Positions 45,236 to 60,086 of a DNA stretch of 64,000 nt are shown here, piece by piece. This DNA comes from the human T2T-CHM13v2.0 reference genome, Homo sapiens. Under the pieces are notes generated by a model. The model searched no databases. It saw nothing but the letters and a program-made list of their open reading frames with translations, and was not told where the DNA came from. Position 1 is the first letter of the stretch; every line of letters begins with the position of its first letter. The DNA lies in assembly GCF_009914755.1 (NCBI RefSeq), contig NC_060935.1, one strand, 5' to 3'. The position numbers and the translations under genes are program-made.

Positions 45236-46777
45236 CTATGATTTGTTTCCACAATACTATCACAAATAAAGTTCTGCTGGTCAAAAGATGTTAGGCTAAA
45301 TTCAACAATCAGTTGTTTCTTCTCATAAGACAGTGGGTTGGCTGAGGCATTCTGCTGATTTGGGCTGGGGCTGGTTGATCTTAGCAAGGTTTTCTCCTGA
45401 TCTGTGGTCAGCTAGGGACTTGGCTAGGGAATGGTTGAATTTAAAGACTGTTTGCAATTACAACTGCTCACCTCTCCATCTTTGACAATACCTTTGTACC
45501 ACTTCCAATATCTAGTGTATGGTGAAGATGAGGCACCGGTGTTATGTAGATAAAAAATGTTCAAGTCTGTTTTATTAGCTATCATATCTACTAGACTGTA
45601 AAAATCATTTATTGTGATGATAGAAAATTAATATAAAAGGTAACTTGGAGTCAGATGGTAAAATCCTCAATAATTGTGAATTTATTATATAATGTGTAGC
45701 AAATAAAATTAAAAATTAGAATAACTACTATAAGTACAGTCATGTAAATAAGTACAAAAGCAGCTAAAATTGGACAAAATTTTTAAAAGGAAAGTATCTT
45801 TTTGAAGTAAATGTATTAAAATTGTGGGTCAAAATACTTAATTATTTTAATGTTATGACAACAAAAATATAACCTTAAAAATAATATATGAATTTTTTTA
45901 AATATAAAAATTTATGTTAAAAATAAAAATGTAAACGGCATAGTTTTACATAGATATAGAAAATTCACACTTTATAGGATGCAAACTTAGGTCTTTACAT
46001 GTAATTAAGAATAGCTGATGGAAAAGTTTATCTCTACAGAGAAATAAATTTTTCACCTCTTTATCTGAAAGTGTTTTTTTTTTTAATAAAATTAGTTTAA
46101 AGCACTTAGAAGACGGGAATAGAGTGTGGGAATTTTAGCTCAAATCATAGATCAAAATCAACCATTAATTCATTTTTATCAAAATTCTTTAGAAGCTAGA
46201 GTGACTTCCTCAAACCAGTAACATTCACTTTAGATTTTTCAATGCATTTTTAATTTCAGGCCAATATCATCTACCTAGAAGAATTCTTTGCTCTTAACTT
46301 TTGTTTTGAAAATCACCCAAGATCCACTTAAAGAATTATTTATATTAATATCCTGCAAAATCTATTTTTAATATTACTCTCGTCAGCAAGATAAGTTATC
46401 ACTGAGTGTTTTCTACAGCTTTATGCAGGCAAGAGAAAAAGTGAGTGAAAATATTTGAAACACAAAAGAAAGGAACACCCAGTGCTCCATATGAGCTTCC
46501 TACTGACTTTCATTACATGGTAGAAAAAGCCAAACTGAGATGACTTTAAAACTTTACTAATAGTCTGATTTTTGACATATCTTTTCATTTTATCGAATAG
46601 TGAAAGTGTTCCACAGTAATATTAAAATCTACATTCACAGCGTTTTTGTGAAAATTAAATAAGCATATAGTCTACAACATAGTACAGTTTCTGGCATACA
46701 AAAGACATGCATTCAATGGGGTCTTGCCACCACAGGAATCCAATTTAACTGAAATTGGTCTAATGATGTGGTACTAG

Positions 46778-47411
<634 letters not shown>

Positions 47412-47412
47412 A

Positions 47413-47482
47413 CGAGAAAGGAAGGAATCAAACCTCCAGAAACTGGTTTCAAGCCAATCCCATACCCTCTATGACTCTCTCG
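47413..47482 (-). pseudogene. MT-TS1: NUMT tRNA-Ser(UCN) pseudogene
   Basis: cgagaaag...ctctctcg acceptor stem; anticodon loop ttca on the + strand; expected position after COX1. Confidence 0.9.
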
Positions 47483-47484
47483 AT

Positions 47485-47552
47485 AAGATATTAGTAAAAT
47501 TATTATATAACTTTGTCAAAGTTAATTTATAGGTTAAATCCTGTATGTCTTA
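47485..47552 (+). pseudogene. MT-TD: NUMT tRNA-Asp pseudogene
   Basis: aagatat...atgtctt stem; taactttgtcaaagtta anticodon arm (GTC). Confidence 0.92.
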
Positions 47553-47772
47553 ATGGCTCATCCAGTTCAATTAGGCCTTCAAGATGCCACATCCCCTATT
47601 ATAGAAGAACTACTCACTTTCCATGGCCATGCTCTCATAATTATTCTCCTAATTAGTTCCCTGGTCCTATACGTTATTTCCCTAATACTCACAACAAAAT
47701 TAACTCATACTAGCACCATAGATGCCCAAGAAATCAAGACTGTCTGAACTATTTTACCTGCAATTATCTTTA
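47553..47772 (+). pseudogene. MT-CO2: NUMT: 5' part of mitochondrial COX2
   Basis: [26 protein letters not shown]...[14 protein letters not shown]. Confidence 0.96.
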
Positions 47773-48075
47773 GTTGAGATACAGTCATGTGATGTGGATT
47801 TTCAGATTTCCCAGTGGTGATATGTGTTTGGAGGTAGGTTTTCCCTCCTCACACTTTGGGAACTCATGGTTTTTCTCCTGTTTCACAAAATTTGCAGTGG
47901 TGTGCCACTTTTTTCAAAGTATCTGTGAATTCTTTAGGTTTTCCTGGTATGTGCCTGGGGTGGTTCTTGGAGCAAAAGATCATGGTGTGAGTCTCCACAT
48001 GCTGTTCAGTCCATCCATGTGAGAGCTGCACGTTGGCCCTGTCTCCTATCCACCATGTCTCCGATCTGCCATCTT
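47773..48075 (-). mobile_element. Isolated 5' UTR tip of an old L1 (L1PB/L1M1-like)
   Basis: Reverse complement: gtggataggagacagggccaacgtgcagctctc...ttttgctccaagaaccacc...ccaggaaaacctaaagaattcacaga. Confidence 0.65.
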
Positions 48076-48260
48076 CATCCTATCTCTATGTATTTATATT
48101 TAACACGTTAAACCTAAAAAAAGCATCTGGCCATTTCAGACTGAAAAGTACCTTCATTTAAAGAGGAACCAGTCATAATACTTTCAGCTTCAATTTCAGA
48201 GGAGCATATGTTAAGAAACAAGCCTGCTTACACAAAATGTTAATATAAGAATAGAAAATA

Positions 48261-48640
<380 letters not shown>

Positions 48641-49681
48641 TCATCAGTTTTAGCAATTTTTCTTGCTGACAGTCCAAACATCAGCCAGACCACTACCAGC
48701 AAAGACCAATCACTCCGTTTTGATATGTGAGTTTAGAGCTATTTGCTATCTTTTGTATACATTCCCTGAATATTTGTCTTCATAATATATGAGAAATATA
48801 TGATGTCATAATTCCTGTTGGGATTCACTATTTGAGCTCCACTTTTCCATTCAGGAAACTGGAATCATAAATGGAAAAAAAAATTACTATGTAATTAAGC
48901 TTCTAGCATGTGCTGTACACTGTCCTAGATAAATAATTGTCTCTTCAATCCTGAGAATGAAGCTTTATTGACCTCGTCCACACTGTTGGTTAGTAAGTGA
49001 CATTGATCAAACAGTTTTGCAGTTTAAACATTATATATTTGTTCATAAAATAAAAATAAATGAATATATAACATTTGAATTTTCTCAGATTCAAAAGATG
49101 GTACAGACAAATTAGGTCTTGAATTCCACTTTGTTGTCCTGATGTTTTTTACATATTCGTTTCCATCTATTGCTTTCTAAATAGAATCCCCCTATAAATG
49201 TCCAATATCATTACAACTATTGTTATAAACAAAAAGTGAATAAAGAGCAAAGGAAAAATCATATGTTTCAATCATATGGTTAAATGAAAGACAAAAAAAC
49301 CTCATGTTACAACAACAGTGACTTAGGTGAAACCGAAGCTACACTGAGTAAGAGGTTTAGATTAATGTGTGTTATTCCAAATCTAACTCAGATGTTAATA
49401 GAATTGTGTGGGTTTTAAAAATTTTTTTATTTAAACAAAAAAAGTTCCATGTACAATGTGTACAACAACAAACAATAAAATTTGTAAACATGCTAATACT
49501 AAACAGAGTCTTTGATTTTTGGAGTTTATTTTGACAGTATTGTTTTAATGGCTTTTCCTAAGTATGCCTCATCTTATTTGTCTAACATTGCCAGGTTTTG
49601 AAAGACTTCTCTTTTCTCAGTCCTACCAAGAGTTAAATATTAAGGTTTTCTTCATATATTTTAACTTCATAAAACACTCAC

Positions 49682-49810
49682 TTAAAGGAGAGAGAATGCA
49701 AGCTCGTTATTATAACATCAGTTAGTTGCTGATATGTCAGATCATTCATATAGTCAACTATGAGTATTGCAGGAACACAGCAAACAGGAGTTAACTTATA
49801 AATTTTGCAT
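49682..49810 (-). pseudogene. Candidate exon, 129 bp, phase 2>2: CKIYKLTPVCCVPAILIVDYMNDLTYQQLTDVIITSLHSLSF(K)
   Basis: tttttttcttttacaacgtccag| acceptor, AA|gtgagt donor; stop-free; lies within ORF 49678..49926. Confidence 0.7.
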
Positions 49811-50316
49811 CTGGACGTTGTAAAAGAAAAAAACTTGTTTTTGTTTTTTGTTTGTTTTACGTAAATCTCCAGAAGATTCCCAAGGACAGCAATATTTAAA
49901 ATAACAGAACTTTCCTTAGCTAACAATCAGATAAAGTATCCAGTTATCAAAAATCGACGTATGCACGTCTCTGCTTTATAAACAGATTGAAATAAATCAT
50001 TAAATTTTATTTGAAATTAATTTGGAACACTTCTGTAAATACTGGCAGTTGGATGTGACAGAGTTAGCTGTAACTGCAGATATAGATAGTGGAAAGAATA
50101 TCATCCTTTTTCCTCAAAAAACTTAACAGGAAATAAATTGTTTTGCTAATTTAATTTGGGAGATGTTTAAATGTATAACCTCCAGTGAACTTTGCAATTC
50201 AATAAATAAAATAACATAAAATGATTTACTTGATAGATTAGGATCATCCTGCTTTTTAATTCCTATAATTGATAGATTATAAAGGAGAACCCTTTTTCAA
50301 CATTTCAAAAACTTAC

Positions 50317-50353
50317 CTTGGACCAATATATGAGGTACTTACAACCCAGTCAA
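50317..50353 (-). pseudogene. Candidate exon, 37 bp, phase 1>2: (V)DWVVSTSYIGP(R)
   Basis: ttttgtactttag| acceptor, consensus AAG|gtaagt donor; the only open frame joins the next exon in phase. Confidence 0.65.
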
Positions 50354-50373
50354 CTAAAGTACAAAATCATCTG

Positions 50374-50482
50374 TAGCTATCTTTATATATATAAAGGGAT
50401 AAATATATATATATATATCTTTATATAGATCTGTATATATCTTTATATATATCTATAGCTATAGCTATATAGATATATATAT
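50374..50482. repeat. TA-rich quasi-palindromic low-complexity tract
   Basis: ctttatatatataaag and atctatagctatagctatatagat. Confidence 0.85.
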
Positions 50483-52477
50483 TTAGATTAGTTCCTAAAA
50501 ACACTATCCAGTAAAAGGTAGTGGGAATGTTAAATTTTATACATTTTGACAAATTGTTCTATAAAATAATTATAAAAGATTAACTCAACATAGCATACTA
50601 AGCATTTGCTAAGCATATTCATCCCACACAGTGTTACTTTAAAATAATTATATTTTAAAATATAATAAATACACAATAGTACTAAAAATAAGAAAGACTC
50701 ATAATATTGAAGAGATCATCAAAGAGGAATCAGCTCTAGAGGAAAAATAATTAAATGATATCCCAAATTATTTGCAATAGAGAATGCAGTAGTCAATGGC
50801 AAAGACAGAGATACTTCAGTTTAAAGTTAATTAATAGTTGTATAATGAGTTGCAGAGGTCCCTGGAGTCAATGTTAGGGCGATTACTTGAAAAATTGCAT
50901 TGAGAATTAATGCAACTATATTCTGCTGCTTTGTCTCTTGCTGAGAGTATTGTTACCTACCAGAGTGAGAAAAACAGGCCAATTTATCTGTAATAACCCA
51001 TCAGGATGTTGCATACCCGGAAGACAAATGATAGGAATGTTTTATCTGTCCCGACCTCTCTCTATATCAAGTAGTCAAGTCCTAGCAATACATACCTAGG
51101 ACAAATGATACGAAAACATGAGTACTAAATTTTGGTGATCAATGTAACAAACAAAAGACATAACACCTGAAGAAGCAGGTTTAATAGAACAAAGCACTTA
51201 ATGTAGAATTAGCTATGTAAATGTTCAAGCCAAAGGTTATGAAAGAATGCAAAATGCAATCTACACTAAAATGTAAGCTCCCCACTAGGACGTAAATTCT
51301 ATAAAAGCAATTATTTTTCTTGTTTTGCTGACTTGTATTCCCAGAGCTGATACTTAGTAAATTCAATAAATATAAATGTTTATTGAGTGAACATATGTAA
51401 CATAAAACAAAGGGATGGAATGTAGAAAGAAAAGTTAAAAAAAAATCTACCATTCATCTCCAAGTACTGTTAGAAGGGAAAATGTCCTATTGAACCCCAA
51501 AAGACCTCTCAGAACAAAAAAAGGACATAAAATCTTCTGAGGAATATTAACAAGTTTAATGAGTATAAGATGTTTGAGTATTCCGATTAACTCTTTTTAA
51601 TTATCAGGCAATTCATTTCTATCCAAAAAAACAGGGAGTTCATTTTTTCAAATATTTTTGGATCACTACCCAAATACCACCATGTCACAAATCAGAACCA
51701 GAAGATATCAACTGAATGAGTCACACATCCCATGTTATCTGACTAGAATGCAATTAATTAGGAAATGAACAATTAAAAGAGAGCTCGAAATATCCAAACA
51801 CTTAGAACTACGAATGTCTACATAAATTACTATCTTTATTACAGAGGAAAGCAAACAGTAACTGAAAACTACTTAAAAATAAGCTAAAATGAGAACACTG
51901 CATATGAACTATGAAATCTGTCCAAATCAGAACACCTAGGAAAATTTTATGCATACGTTAGGATATAGAAGACTTTAAATTATGTATATTGTCAAGATCC
52001 TAGAATAAGAGCAAGAGATGTAGAAAGGTGCTATTAAATGAGATTTTCATTTAACTCTTTCAACCATTGAACATGTAACATCTTCCAGACACTAAAAAAA
52101 TACTGGCTCACAAAATACAATGGCTACCAAAACCAGATACCATTTGTGACCTCAGTCAGCTTAGAGTTGATTAAGGAAAACAGATACTAAAGTGGCAAAC
52201 AAAAATATACAAGTAAATAAATAAATAATAAAACAAAACAGATATCACAAAGAACATTCCATGGGAGAGTTTCACTTAGTAGAGGAAAGATTTTTCTTAA
52301 GAAATTGTGACAAGTCTGAGATCTGAAAAGTGTGTAGGTGTTAATTAAGGGAAGTTGAAGGGACAGGAATGCAGGAAGAAAGGAGCAGTAAGTCCAAAGG
52401 CGCTGGGTTGTGGAGGGATGTGACATATTACAGGAACTAAAGGAAGGCCTGTGTTGTTGGAAGACAACATAGCCTAA

Positions 52478-53316
<839 letters not shown>

Positions 53317-54737
53317 AAGTTCATGTAGTGTCTTTAGTTCATGTTCATGATGGTGATCTTTACCTTAAAAGCAGTGTGAAACCACAGAAATGATGTAAGC
53401 CAAGGAAGAGGTATGATGTAGTCAGATCAGAATTTTGAAACAGGTCCTTCTAACTGCATATGGTAAATAGATTGAGGGGTGGGTTAGGTAGACTGAGCAT
53501 AGAGCCAGTTAGGAAACTACAGTAATCCATGTGAGAAAACACAGGTGCTTTTCTGGAATGACAATGGGGGAGATAAAATGATCCAGGCAAAGTTGAAGGA
53601 TATTTAACTGTTAAGATCAATAAAAGCACAAGCAATAAAATAAAAATCACAGACAAAAGATTCAATCAAAAGCTCTAAATAATTAGAAATAAGAGATATG
53701 TACTTTAATGAGAAACCATTTTCACATGTAAGATTGGCAAGCATTAAATGTTCAATATCAGCTACTGGCAAGTATCTGACATGCTAAGTGAGAATATAAA
53801 TCAGTACAGATACTCACAGAGAGTAATCTGAAAGCATCAGTTAAAATTTTAAATATGCATTTTCTTATACCCAGCAATTCTATATCATGGTACAACCAAT
53901 GGATGCATTTGCACATGTGAGAAGGAGCCATGTGTAGAACATTCATTGAAGTATTATTTGTTAATAGCACACACACAAAAACAAATGAAATTAGCTTAAA
54001 GTTTCATTAAAAGGAGTTTGGCTAAATAAGAGATAGACACACATAAATTTAATTAGAATCAGGAAATATTTTCACTGGATGGAGAACAGGTTGAGTGCCA
54101 TAACAATGAGCTGCAAAACATGTGGAGTGTTATAAGCATGAGGCCTAGAATAATCATTTCTGGGTTCGAATTTATTCGCTTTCTTTTTTTTCCCCATGAT
54201 ATTCTCTACTTTTCCTTTGTCATGGTAACCAATGTCTAGGTAATTTTTGATATTTGTTTTTCTGTTTAGACTGTAATCTCCAAATAGCAGAAATCCTGTC
54301 TTTCACTGTTGCATCCCTACCACCTAGACCTGTACCAGGCACATTATATTTAGTCAGTATATGTTAACTATTAAATATATGTAAATGCTTGCATAAATGA
54401 ACAAATTTATGAATGAATAAATAATCTTACTTTTGCCACTAACTTTCAAGCACACACATTTTTCAAGATTCATTTCTCTCAAGATTCCTCCTATAGAAAT
54501 AAAGGCATTGGTATTAGATTTCTTAGTGCCTTTTCTACTTTAAAATTTTATAATTCGAAGATGTTGCTTGTGTTGTCTCAAAAACTTTTTGTGAGGTTTA
54601 TTTTTTTTATCGTAACATGATTTTAACTCTTTTATATTTCCACAGACAAGATGTAACCTACACAGTATTTCCTATGTTTGAACTTATGCGTAAGAATCTA
54701 TGTTTAAATAAAGCATGCTCAAATGTTGCTATATTAC

Positions 54738-54840
54738 CTGCTTCTAATAATATTTTAAATTATTTAATAAATCCATAGGCAAATAAAATCTCATAAGATT
54801 TTTAACATAAATGCACAGTGGAATATATAGTAGAGAAGAT
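54738..54840 (-). pseudogene. Candidate exon, 103 bp, phase 0>1: IFSTIYSTVHLC*KSYEILFAYGFIK*FKILLEA
   Basis: tatttcag| acceptor, CAG|gtaata donor; phase fits the next exon; two TAA stops. Confidence 0.45.
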
Positions 54841-55648
54841 CTGAAATATCCAAGGTGATCAGAGTGAGGATATCTTATAAAAATGGGCAACTGTGGCAAA
54901 CAGGGACTGAGCAGAAGTTTTGGTTACTTTAGTTTCTGTGTTACTTTATGTTAATATGATCATAAAATAAAATTGGAGAGATGCTCCCAAAAACCTGTTT
55001 AATATTTTGGGATTGTGAGAGCCTATGCTTTCTTGTCTAGTTCACCATCCTATAACCTTGTAATCCCATAATACCACTCCAGACCTCCATACATGACATG
55101 AGTGAGTGGGAAGCACTTCAAACCAATTATGTAGTATCTTTCAGCTAAATGGCTCACTGGCACAGTCAAATGTCTCATTTTGCACTTCATTACATATTGG
55201 CCAACTGGAGCCTGAGAGGAACACTAATTAATGTAAACTTGTTCTCCAAGTCACAAGACTCTGAAGGCTTATTGGTTTATTTCTCTCTAAATACAAATGG
55301 AACATAAAGCATTCGGTCTGTCAGTATAGTTTCACATCACATTACACCATGGTGACATCTCAAATCATTCTAACCTTTTCACTGAAATATTTGTTTGCCT
55401 CTTCTCTAAAACATTTTGTCAACACATATGAATATACACTCAAACAATTATATACAATATATAGTAAAAATATAAAATCACAGAAAAATTATTATTTATA
55501 AAAAATTAACTTTATTTCTTTATGATGTACTCCTCTCCCCCTCCATATCAGAAGGATTTTATATCCCTACTCCTTTTATTTTTGGGTTGGTTATATGATG
55601 ATAAGGTTTTACATCCCAAATCCTTTTATTTTGAGGTTGGTTATATGA

Positions 55649-56023
55649 TGATACAGTTTGGCTGTGTACCCACCCAAATCTCATTTTGAATTGTAGTTCC
55701 CATAATCCCCACATGTCGTGGGAGGGAACAGATGGAGATAATTGAATCATGGAGGCAGTTTCCTCCATGCTGATTCTTGTGACAGTGAGTGCGTTCTCCA
55801 GCAATCTGATGGTTTAATAAGGGTCTTCCCCCTTTGCTGGGCACTCATTCTCTCTCCTGCCACCTTGTGAAGAAGAAAGTGTTTGCTTCCCCTTCTACCG
55901 TGATTGTAAGTTTCCTGAGGCCTTCCTAGCCATGCAGAACTGTGAGTCAATTAAACCTCTTTCCTTTATAAATTATCTAGTCTCATGTCTTTCTTTATAA
56001 CAGTGTGAGAAGGGACTGGTACA
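55649..56023 (+). mobile_element. THE1 (C-like) solo LTR
   Basis: tgatacagtttggctgtgt...ggtaca; perfect TSD tatga. Confidence 0.92.
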
Positions 56024-56029
56024 TATGAC

Positions 56030-57990
56030 TTGCTATGTTTAATGCAATGTGAGTGGATGTGACATGTGCCAGCTCCAAGCAGAATTATTCATTGTCATTG
56101 AATTGTTGGCCACATTCCCTTTTCCTTCTTCTGCTAATCTATCCTCAAAACTAGAGAGAAAAAGAAGTAGAGTGTAGCCTGAAATCAAAATGTAAGGTGA
56201 GAAAAAAAAAAACTTGTGGTTATAAATCACAGAGGTTCTGGTGTTATTTCTTAGGTAGCTTTGTGTCACAGAAGATAACTAATACAGTGTGTAAATGGAA
56301 CAAATTATATGAATCAATACATTAGTAAATGTTGTGTTATGGAAATAAAATTTGTAATTGAAGTTTAAGATCTTTAAACCAGCAAATATTATTTTCCTAC
56401 AGAATTTTGAAAAGAATCCTCCAACATCGATTTGATGAGTGCTGTTGTTGTTTTAATGGTAAAGACAGCTGGTATTAGGTTTTTCATTAAAATCTTAGTT
56501 ATATTTGTAAATATAATCACTGATTCATTTATTTTCAATAAATGATTTCCTACTTTGGAGATCATTTTCTTTCTGTGGGTAGATCACAGAGACTGTCGCC
56601 TTATGTTTCTGTAACTGAGCATTTCCAACCCTGAAAGGGATTGGCCAGGAGTTTTCTGAGATCCCAAATACATATTTAGTTTAAAATTCTCATGTAAGTG
56701 AAAAATATAAAAATGGAAGGCAAGAAAAAGTACCTAATAGGTCTGTGGCTTTGGCTGAAGAGGTTTCAAAGCAGAATTTAGATAGGTTGAATTATGGTTT
56801 ATTAGGTGCTCTGAATTAAGTGAGTTTAGAAAATAATTTGGTCTTTTCACAATCAGAGATGAAAGAGAAGACAAAGATAAGAAATTCCATGGTTTTCAGA
56901 GTTGAAAGAGGCAACTTTTTGCATTCTCGTTTATAAAAGACTCTTGAGTTAAGACTCAGCCGCTGGGCAAAGAATAAATATGGTATCATTGCATTAAGTT
57001 GGGCCCCAATACAGTAAATCCTATCTGTTAGACAAAATGGCTCAGAAAAAGAGATCCAGCATATGGTTAGATGGAAGTCTGATAAGCTCAAAGTACCCTT
57101 AATTAAGTCTAGAGAGAGGCATATAGCAAAAAGAATTGGTGTTGCAATTGGCATATGGAACTGACTGGCATCAAGTAGTTTGAGTTTTTTGAGGGAGCTC
57201 AAACTACTTGGGGGAGAAAATTTTCCTATTATAAAGTAAGGGAAATTATAACATTTTCCCGCAGGATTTCAGAAACAATTAGGACCAGTGACCGTTCTGC
57301 CCTCTCCTGCTTCTGCCCTTTTCTGAATGTGAGTATTCATGGGTAATGTTGCTCCCTTTCTACTACTGTATGTCTGTATTTTGAGTATTTTTAACTTACC
57401 TATCTGTGGATAACTTGTATTTTCAGTAGATAGATTCCTTGATCAAAAGGAGTTAAATACCAACCTCAGATTGATCATGAGATCCGGGACTTTGAGTCTA
57501 ATGTGTGATTTAACTTTCTGGGTTTCTTGGAGAAGATACAAGTGTATTTTGTTCACAGGAGGAAAATAAATATTTGAGATAAAAAAGAAGCCAGGGGTAG
57601 AGTATATTATTTGTTCACAATCATCTATTTATTTTTCTACCTTACCATGCTGTTATATAAGCAGAAAGTATTTTCCTGTTCCTTCACTGGATTTGGCCAT
57701 GTGACTTGTTTTGGCCAGAAGAATGTGATCAATAATGGGACGCACCTTTCCCTAGCAGAACCTTTAAATGCTCTTGCATGTCATGACTCTGTCCTCTTTT
57801 AAACTTCTGTCCTGGACCATAAGAACAGCCAGGGTCACTGTGTACCAAAATAAAAAAGCCAAGTAGAGGAAACCGAAGCCAAGCTTAATCCTAGAACGGC
57901 CCAGGAGAACCAAGCAAGAGCCAATCTGTAGCACTCAGGTCACATAAATAAGTAATATGTGTTATTGTAACAGATTGAGATTGCGGGTGC
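56030..57990. mobile_element. Degenerate MLT1-type MaLR LTR and internal fragments
   Basis: ttggccatgtgacttgttttggcca LTR motif at ~57693; MaLR-internal-like sequence at 56700-57590. Confidence 0.5.
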
Positions 57991-59815
57991 CTGTGGCCAG
58001 AAAGGGAGTTTCATTTACAACTTCTCTCTCCAATCCCTATTCTTTCACCAGCCGCTCAAATTTTATCCTTTCTTTCTCAGTCACTTTGAATGTGTTTTCA
58101 TTCTTCCTTGAATGCACTGCCCATATTTTCATCCCACATCCACTTTCCATACAGATTCTTCACCTCTCAAGTCAAAATCCACTTCCTCAGGAAAGCCCTT
58201 CTTGATCCTCTGGGTTAGGGTTTTTCCCTGTTACATTTCATCCTGTCACTTATATTTTCTTAAAACTAAACCCAGTTTATATTTTTATGTTTTCAGTTAT
58301 GCAATTATTTGAAAAACACTGGTCTCTCCAACTACACTGTAAACTATGTAAGAGTAGGAATTATGTCTTATACTCAGTCAGCATCTGAAACAGTGTTTGG
58401 TAACTAGAAGAAGTTCAATAAATATTTATCTGAACAAATACATGTTAACAAGTTATATAAATAAATTTAAGCCTCACATTCTATGTAACTACTTATGTCT
58501 GGATATTGTTCTTGAGGATATAACTAATTTGTTTCCATTCATTGTGTAAACTTGAAATTAGAAAAGTGATTTACTGATAATTCCCATGAAATACTTCTCC
58601 CATTCAACGCTGTGCATGCGCCTGCTACCCAACATGCTACTGTTTCTTGATACACAGTTTCCTGTTTCCTGATGCTTAGGACTACCTTGAATAAAGCCTT
58701 TGGGACACTAGAATGAATACTGAGATGAAACATAGATGGATCTTTTTGTAGAATTCTGCTCTAATTACCCTGCAAATATTAGAATGTTTGCAGGATAATA
58801 TTTAAATTAAATTTTACTCTCAAATTATTTCATTTTTCAAAGAAAACCTTTTTCTGTTAAAAGCACACCTGAAATGTTCAAATAAAATCATTTTTGTGGT
58901 AAAGCAATTGCCCAGGGCAGTTTCTAAATAGAAGATAAGAAAGCAGTAGTCACTTTACTCTGAAAGGCATGTTCCAGAGATTTGTAAAATTTCTCTCCTC
59001 CTCTTTTACTGTGACACACCATAACTAAATTGTTTATCTTTTATGAGCTTCGATTTTCTCTTTGACAATATGGTGGTAAGGGGCTTAAACATATGCTTAG
59101 TTATCAGAGAGCTATAAGGTTTTTTATTGGTTTCATACAAGTCACCATTATTAGTTGATCTTTAATAAAAATAACAGTAACTATTTCTTGCATTATTTTG
59201 AATATTAAATTATGTACCAATACATAGAACATGTAATATTTGCTAACACATAATTTTCTTTCAATGAATATTTTTCTTTATCATTTCCTGGAATCATTAG
59301 GATAACTAGATAAGACCCTTTAAACTGTGTCTAATGCAGAATTAATACGCAGTAAGCACTTTTCTCTCTTTTTCTATCAATCCAGTGTTACTTTATGTAA
59401 GGGATATTTACTATAAGTTTTATCTTTCTATTCGTTTTTACTTTAATAATTGTTTCATTGCTTATTTTTTAAAGTCTCAGAGAATGAGATTTGAATAATT
59501 TTATTTGCCATACAAGTTCAGTTTAAGTGTCTGATTTAAACCTTTTCTGGAAGCACCAGAATAAATCCTACACATGAGCCCTCCCATGTTTTCACACTGA
59601 AACATAAATTCCCAGAAGATCAAAATATGGCACATTTATCTTTGCAGACAATCAACATATCAATATGCCTAGAAGCAAAAGATAAATTTTCCCTGTGTTT
59701 GATCAATAGAGTAATAACTATAAGTGCTATGAATGAAGATAAAGCTATCTCCTCTATTTTCATATCCAACCACATTATTTGACTTGACCTCATCTGTGTC
59801 AGAGTATTCTATTAC

Positions 59816-59899
59816 CTGACTACACATAAAGCAAAGAACATATTTCCTTTCATTGATTCTCAATTTCCTCATCATTAATTTCATTGACTGAGTAGCAGG
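59816..59899 (-). pseudogene. Candidate exon, 84 bp: (A)CYSVNEINDEEIENQ*KEICSLLYV*S; an alternative frame PATQSMKL...CSQ is open
   Basis: cttttctttaatttcaaag| acceptor, CAG|gtaata donor. Confidence 0.5.
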
Positions 59900-60034
59900 C
59901 TTTGAAATTAAAGAAAAGTAAAGCTTAAACAGTGAACCCCAGTCAGTTTAGTATTCTTATCTTTTAAAAAAATATTTTAGCATTTTTTCATGAAAATGAA
60001 AAAGAAGATAAAAGAAAGAAAAGGCAAAACATAC

Positions 60035-60086
60035 CTAATACTGAAATCCTCATTCTTGGAACAGTGCTTGATAATTATCAAATAAC
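60035..60086 (-). pseudogene. Candidate exon, 52 bp: (R)LFDNYQALFQE*..., probable frameshift
   Basis: cttatttacag| acceptor, TAG|gtatgt donor; phase-2 start fits the preceding exon. Confidence 0.5.

Noticed and set aside
47413-47552. Functional tRNA genes
   Set aside because: Mitochondrial-type tRNAs inside a NUMT, so pseudogenes.
50955-51062. Minus-strand exon candidate ending G|gtaaca
   Set aside because: Stops in all frames, weak acceptor, and probably within degenerate L1M sequence.
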